64,000 nucleotides of DNA from Hyphochytrium catenoides (lineage: Eukaryota; Protista; Hyphochytriomycota), in NCBI GenBank assembly GCA_900088475.1, contig FLMG01000116.1:11302-75301 (forward strand), in the 5' to 3' direction. Every line of letters starts with the position of its first letter. Positions within the stretch are counted from its first letter, which is position 1. This document shows, one piece after another, positions 60,701-64,000 of the stretch. Under the pieces are notes generated by a model, which saw only the letters and a program-made list of their open reading frames with translations, searched no databases and was not told the origin of the DNA. The position numbers and the translations under genes are program-made.

Positions 60701-63700
60701 ATGACCTATCTCTCTCCACTAGGATCTCCTTCCATGTTGATGGGAACAGCTGATTCCCGAAATCATCCTTCTCTGCCTTCTCTAGGCCTATTAACCGGCA
60801 ACGTCGTGCCGCGGAGGTTAGCTTCTGCTCAGGGAACAGAAGGGGATATTGCAGTTTGTTTTCTGGAGGAAGGGGAGGGAACTCCGCATACACCACGGGC
60901 TTTAAAATGTTGATTACCCACTCCTCCTCAACTTCTCCCCAGGGTTCGTCTCCATAAGGATCCCAGACACGCGAGTAGACTTCTCCATCGTACGAGTACG
61001 AAGGAGGATTCTCTGCCTCCTGCTGCGGGGCAACAGCGCCCCGAGGGGTGCCGCACATCTCACAAGTTGTTCCTCCATTAGCATTGTAGAAAGTGCAAGC
61101 AAGGCACTGCCAGAAGGCCTGGCTCATGTTCGCCGAGCTACTCGAAGACGAAGAGAGAGAAGAGCGCGGTTGCCCTATTCCTTGATCCTCATCCTCAGGC
61201 TCATCCCACTCCTGAATATCACAATCGGTCCCTACTACATGGATCCACAGCCGGTGCCTCTGCCTGGCGACTAGACCACAATGTAGAGGCTCTCTACCAA
61301 AAATAGTCTCATAGTCGGCGAACTGGACGACAGAGTCTGGGACAGGCTTCAGCTCATCATTCCGCCATAGAACTTCAGCACACTGCACATCCACCTAGCA
61401 AGGAACGAAAGATCACAATGTAAGACTAGAAATGGCTGTAGCCACCAAGCATATAGGTAAGATTAGGAAGAGGATAAAGGCAACTTCGCTACATTCGTAA
61501 AACGCAGTCATAGACTCTAAGACAGTTGTTGCTGAGAAGCACGGAGCTAGGAAGTTACAGCCTACCTTCAAGTCAGTCTTCTCTGCCCAGTAACGGCCAG
61601 GGACTCCTCCAGTGGCCCTCGTCCATCCGGAGTAGACGAACTGCGGCGTCTTCAGCGCGGTTTTCACCACTTCTGTCAACAAGTTGTCCAGGGCCGCCCG
61701 GTTGGAGCTCTCCAAATGCTCCAAGAACTGGACCACTTGCCTACGTTGTCTTTGGAGCATCTCAAATAGTGAGGATTCAGGCACCTCTACTGGAGGATAT
61801 CTCTTGCCTTCTTGTGGTGCACAGAATGATGGCGCACGAATAGTCTCACCTCCTACCTATACTCCATTGTAGGTTCAAGAAGAGGATTCAAGTTAAGGCA
61901 AGATGACACTAGTCAGCATTCTAGACGAAAGAGCGGTCTTGCTGAGAAGATGGACAGTTGAGGTCAAGCAAACAAAGATGATAACAGCTAGAGACGAATT
62001 GGACGTAGGCGACGAAGGGTTAAGGTGTGAGCTACTTGTGCAAGGCAGGGAATCAGATGTACCTGCAGGAAGAGAGGCCTCCCTCTTAAATACTTGTCCA
62101 ATGAGCCAGGCGCGATGTTATCAGTCTTAATACCTTGTGACTGCATCCAACGGACAAGCCTCTGCTCAGGGGTGAGACCATTTTCCCTCAAAGGCAGCGC
62201 CGTTTGTCCAAAGGCGTGCCAGTTGCGCACATATGCGAGTGATCCCAACATGCGGACCAAGACCTCTTCAGTGAGCTCTGAATAGCGCGCGTTCTTCCAT
62301 ATAAGTGCAAGGTAGGAATGAATAACGCAAGCAGTGGTGATATCCTCAGCCACCTCAGCTTCTCCTTTCCACCTATTGAGGCAATCAGCTGCAAAGCCAT
62401 GAAGGAATGCCCTTAGCCTTGCCAGGTAAGAACTAAGGAGGTCTTCCTGCTGCTTGGAAGGAGTGAGAGAAGGAGGAAGGGCGAGAGAGCCCTCTGAGCT
62501 ATCAATCAGCTGAACCACATAGGTTTCTACATCTACCGCTAGGCCAATCATATAGATTATGAAAGCAGCATCAGGTGAATGAACCGGAGCTTCTCCAAGT
62601 TCTTTGACACTGTTGAACATTTCAATTAGTGGATCCATCGTGGCGCCAGGAGAGAAAAGTAGCTCATTCAGGAGCAGGCCATATGGAGATCCTAATTGCT
62701 CTGTTTGCTCTGGAACGCGGGCGTCTAGGAGTCTTTCCAGTGCTTTCTCCCGCCTTTGGGTTACCGTAAGTCGCACTGGTACCTCTCCAATCGTCTCTGG
62801 GCCTTTACGAAGGGGCACCCAAGGCCCGGGCTCAAACAGCACAGCTCTTAGCAGCTGTTGCAGCTCAGAGTTGAACAAATAGGTGACCCTATCTCTTGAG
62901 GCAAAAAACCCAACGATTAGGGGGAGACGTGCATAGGGCACAGTAAGGTAGGAGAGAAGGCATTCTGCCTCCTCGACGCTTAAGGTCCCCTCAAATGTCG
63001 GAAGGCTCTCCGCATGCATCACATCGTCTTCTGTAGGGTACGGCAGACCCAAAATTCTGCCGATATCTGACGGACTCACAGTTACTGGGCCTTCGCCGAA
63101 GAACAATCGTCTGCCCTTGAATCCATACACTTCTACATCAGCAATGTCAAGATCTAAGCCTCTAAAATTGACCACTTCCCAACGAAGAGGGGTGTCTGGC
63201 CGGTAGCTAGCGCCAAAACGCCGGAAAGCCGTGTTCTCGTCGAACGATAGCTGCCAGCTTTGCCATTGCTTCGGAGCCAGTCTTCGCCTCATGAGCTCGC
63301 TCTCTCTGCTTTCCATTGTCGAGAGGAATTTGTAGATTGCTATCATGTCCCGGAGCATTCCAAACTCTGGATGTTCCTGCTGCAGTTTTGTTCCCTCTCC
63401 AAACATCCAGTTCATTAACGCTTCCATTTCGGTAGGAGGATTAGGATTGTTCGGCGGGAAGAGAGGGTAGCCAGCCCTCTCCATCAGTCTTCTCAGAAAG
63501 CCGACAGTGCTGCTGTACTTCCTAATTTCAACTCTGTCCTCTGGCATTCGATAGTCGAAGAGTGTGTGGGAACATGTTGCTTGTAGCGCCTGGATGTATT
63601 GCAGTACCGAGTACATACGAAGGTTCAGCTGCGGTCTCGCAGTTTCAAGGTAAGTGGCCACTGCTTCGTATGGGCGATTGTCCTATAGAAATACGGCAGA

Positions 63701-64000
63701 ACGGGAAGAGATAGCGCGATTAGAACTCAGTCTTAGCGTCGAGAGGTGCAAGGACGAGGAGAGCGGTTGAACTCGAGGAGAACCGCGTTTAATTTTTGAC
63801 GGAGCTATCTAGCTATCAACAATAAGTACGGACAAACAATGAGCAGAAGCGCAACGTAGACTTCAGCTGTAGTGCTCTCCACGGATAAATAAAACCACTA
63901 TTATCTCTTCCTCTCGCGATCTTTTAGCTGCCAAGACGTCCTTCCCTTGCGCTTGCTTACCTGGCAAAGGTTAAAGGCTACGCAATAGCCTCCGTTGTCA
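51775..64000 (-). CDS. Giant DUF3638/DUF3645-type SF2 P-loop ATPase with NZF x4, UBA/CUE x2 and an EF-hand pair; 5' end beyond the window (>3,500 aa in window)
   Basis: YDPRFLVFEY.FEIQLRERQ, QMIMGYGKTT, LIMDEVDVLLHPL.SELNF, MAVPFVGKDVPSRSSEFAHPDV (DUF3645-like), GFSGT, ALIDTGALITG, FYDQVHTTGMDIK, AQGAYRMRG. ORFs 61988-63661, 61413-61784, 59025-61394, 58612-58806, 57516-58349, 52955-57583, 52597-52869, 52247-52552 and 51775-52266 are exons of one gene. A further exon runs from 63961 to beyond 64000. Confidence 0.85.
57548..57576. other. Assembly gap (29 N) inside the giant ATPase CDS; explains the apparent frame change
   Basis: Run of N; the flanking ORFs are in different frames. Confidence 0.99.

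Overview
Gene-dense, intron-containing eukaryotic nuclear DNA. It is probably from a protist/alga such as a stramenopile (inferred from gene content and domain architectures, not proven). There are two short N gaps. No CRISPR array, rRNA or recognisable transposon was seen. In order: a possible partial gene at the left edge; STOML2 (+); DOHH (-); intronless ATAD3 (+); RPL27 (-); an 8-exon gene missed by the ORF track that encodes a degenerate RFC2/Rfc4-like clamp-loader AAA+ domain whose C-terminal collar is replaced by zinc fingers (-); a ~4,600-aa VPS13 lipid-transfer protein with inserted C2, RPEL, ubiquitin-like, split PH/DEP, PDZ and PH modules (+); tRNA-Glu(CTC) (-); a BRM/Snf2 remodeller (-); PIG-V (+); a hairpin-rich intergenic segment; PDH E1-beta (+); a small secreted CxGGxC-repeat protein (-); Enhancer of Polycomb (-); an MCPH1-like BRCT protein with an NZF finger (+); and the 3' part (>3,500 aa) of a giant DUF3638/DUF3645-type SF2 ATPase with SecA-like motifs, UBA/CUE domains, four NZF fingers and EF-hands (-). 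The best leads are the RFC-derived pseudo-ATPase, the ubiquitin-binding SecA-like giant ATPase and the RPEL-containing VPS13. All exon models were spliced by eye and family calls come from remembered consensus motifs; no database search was run.
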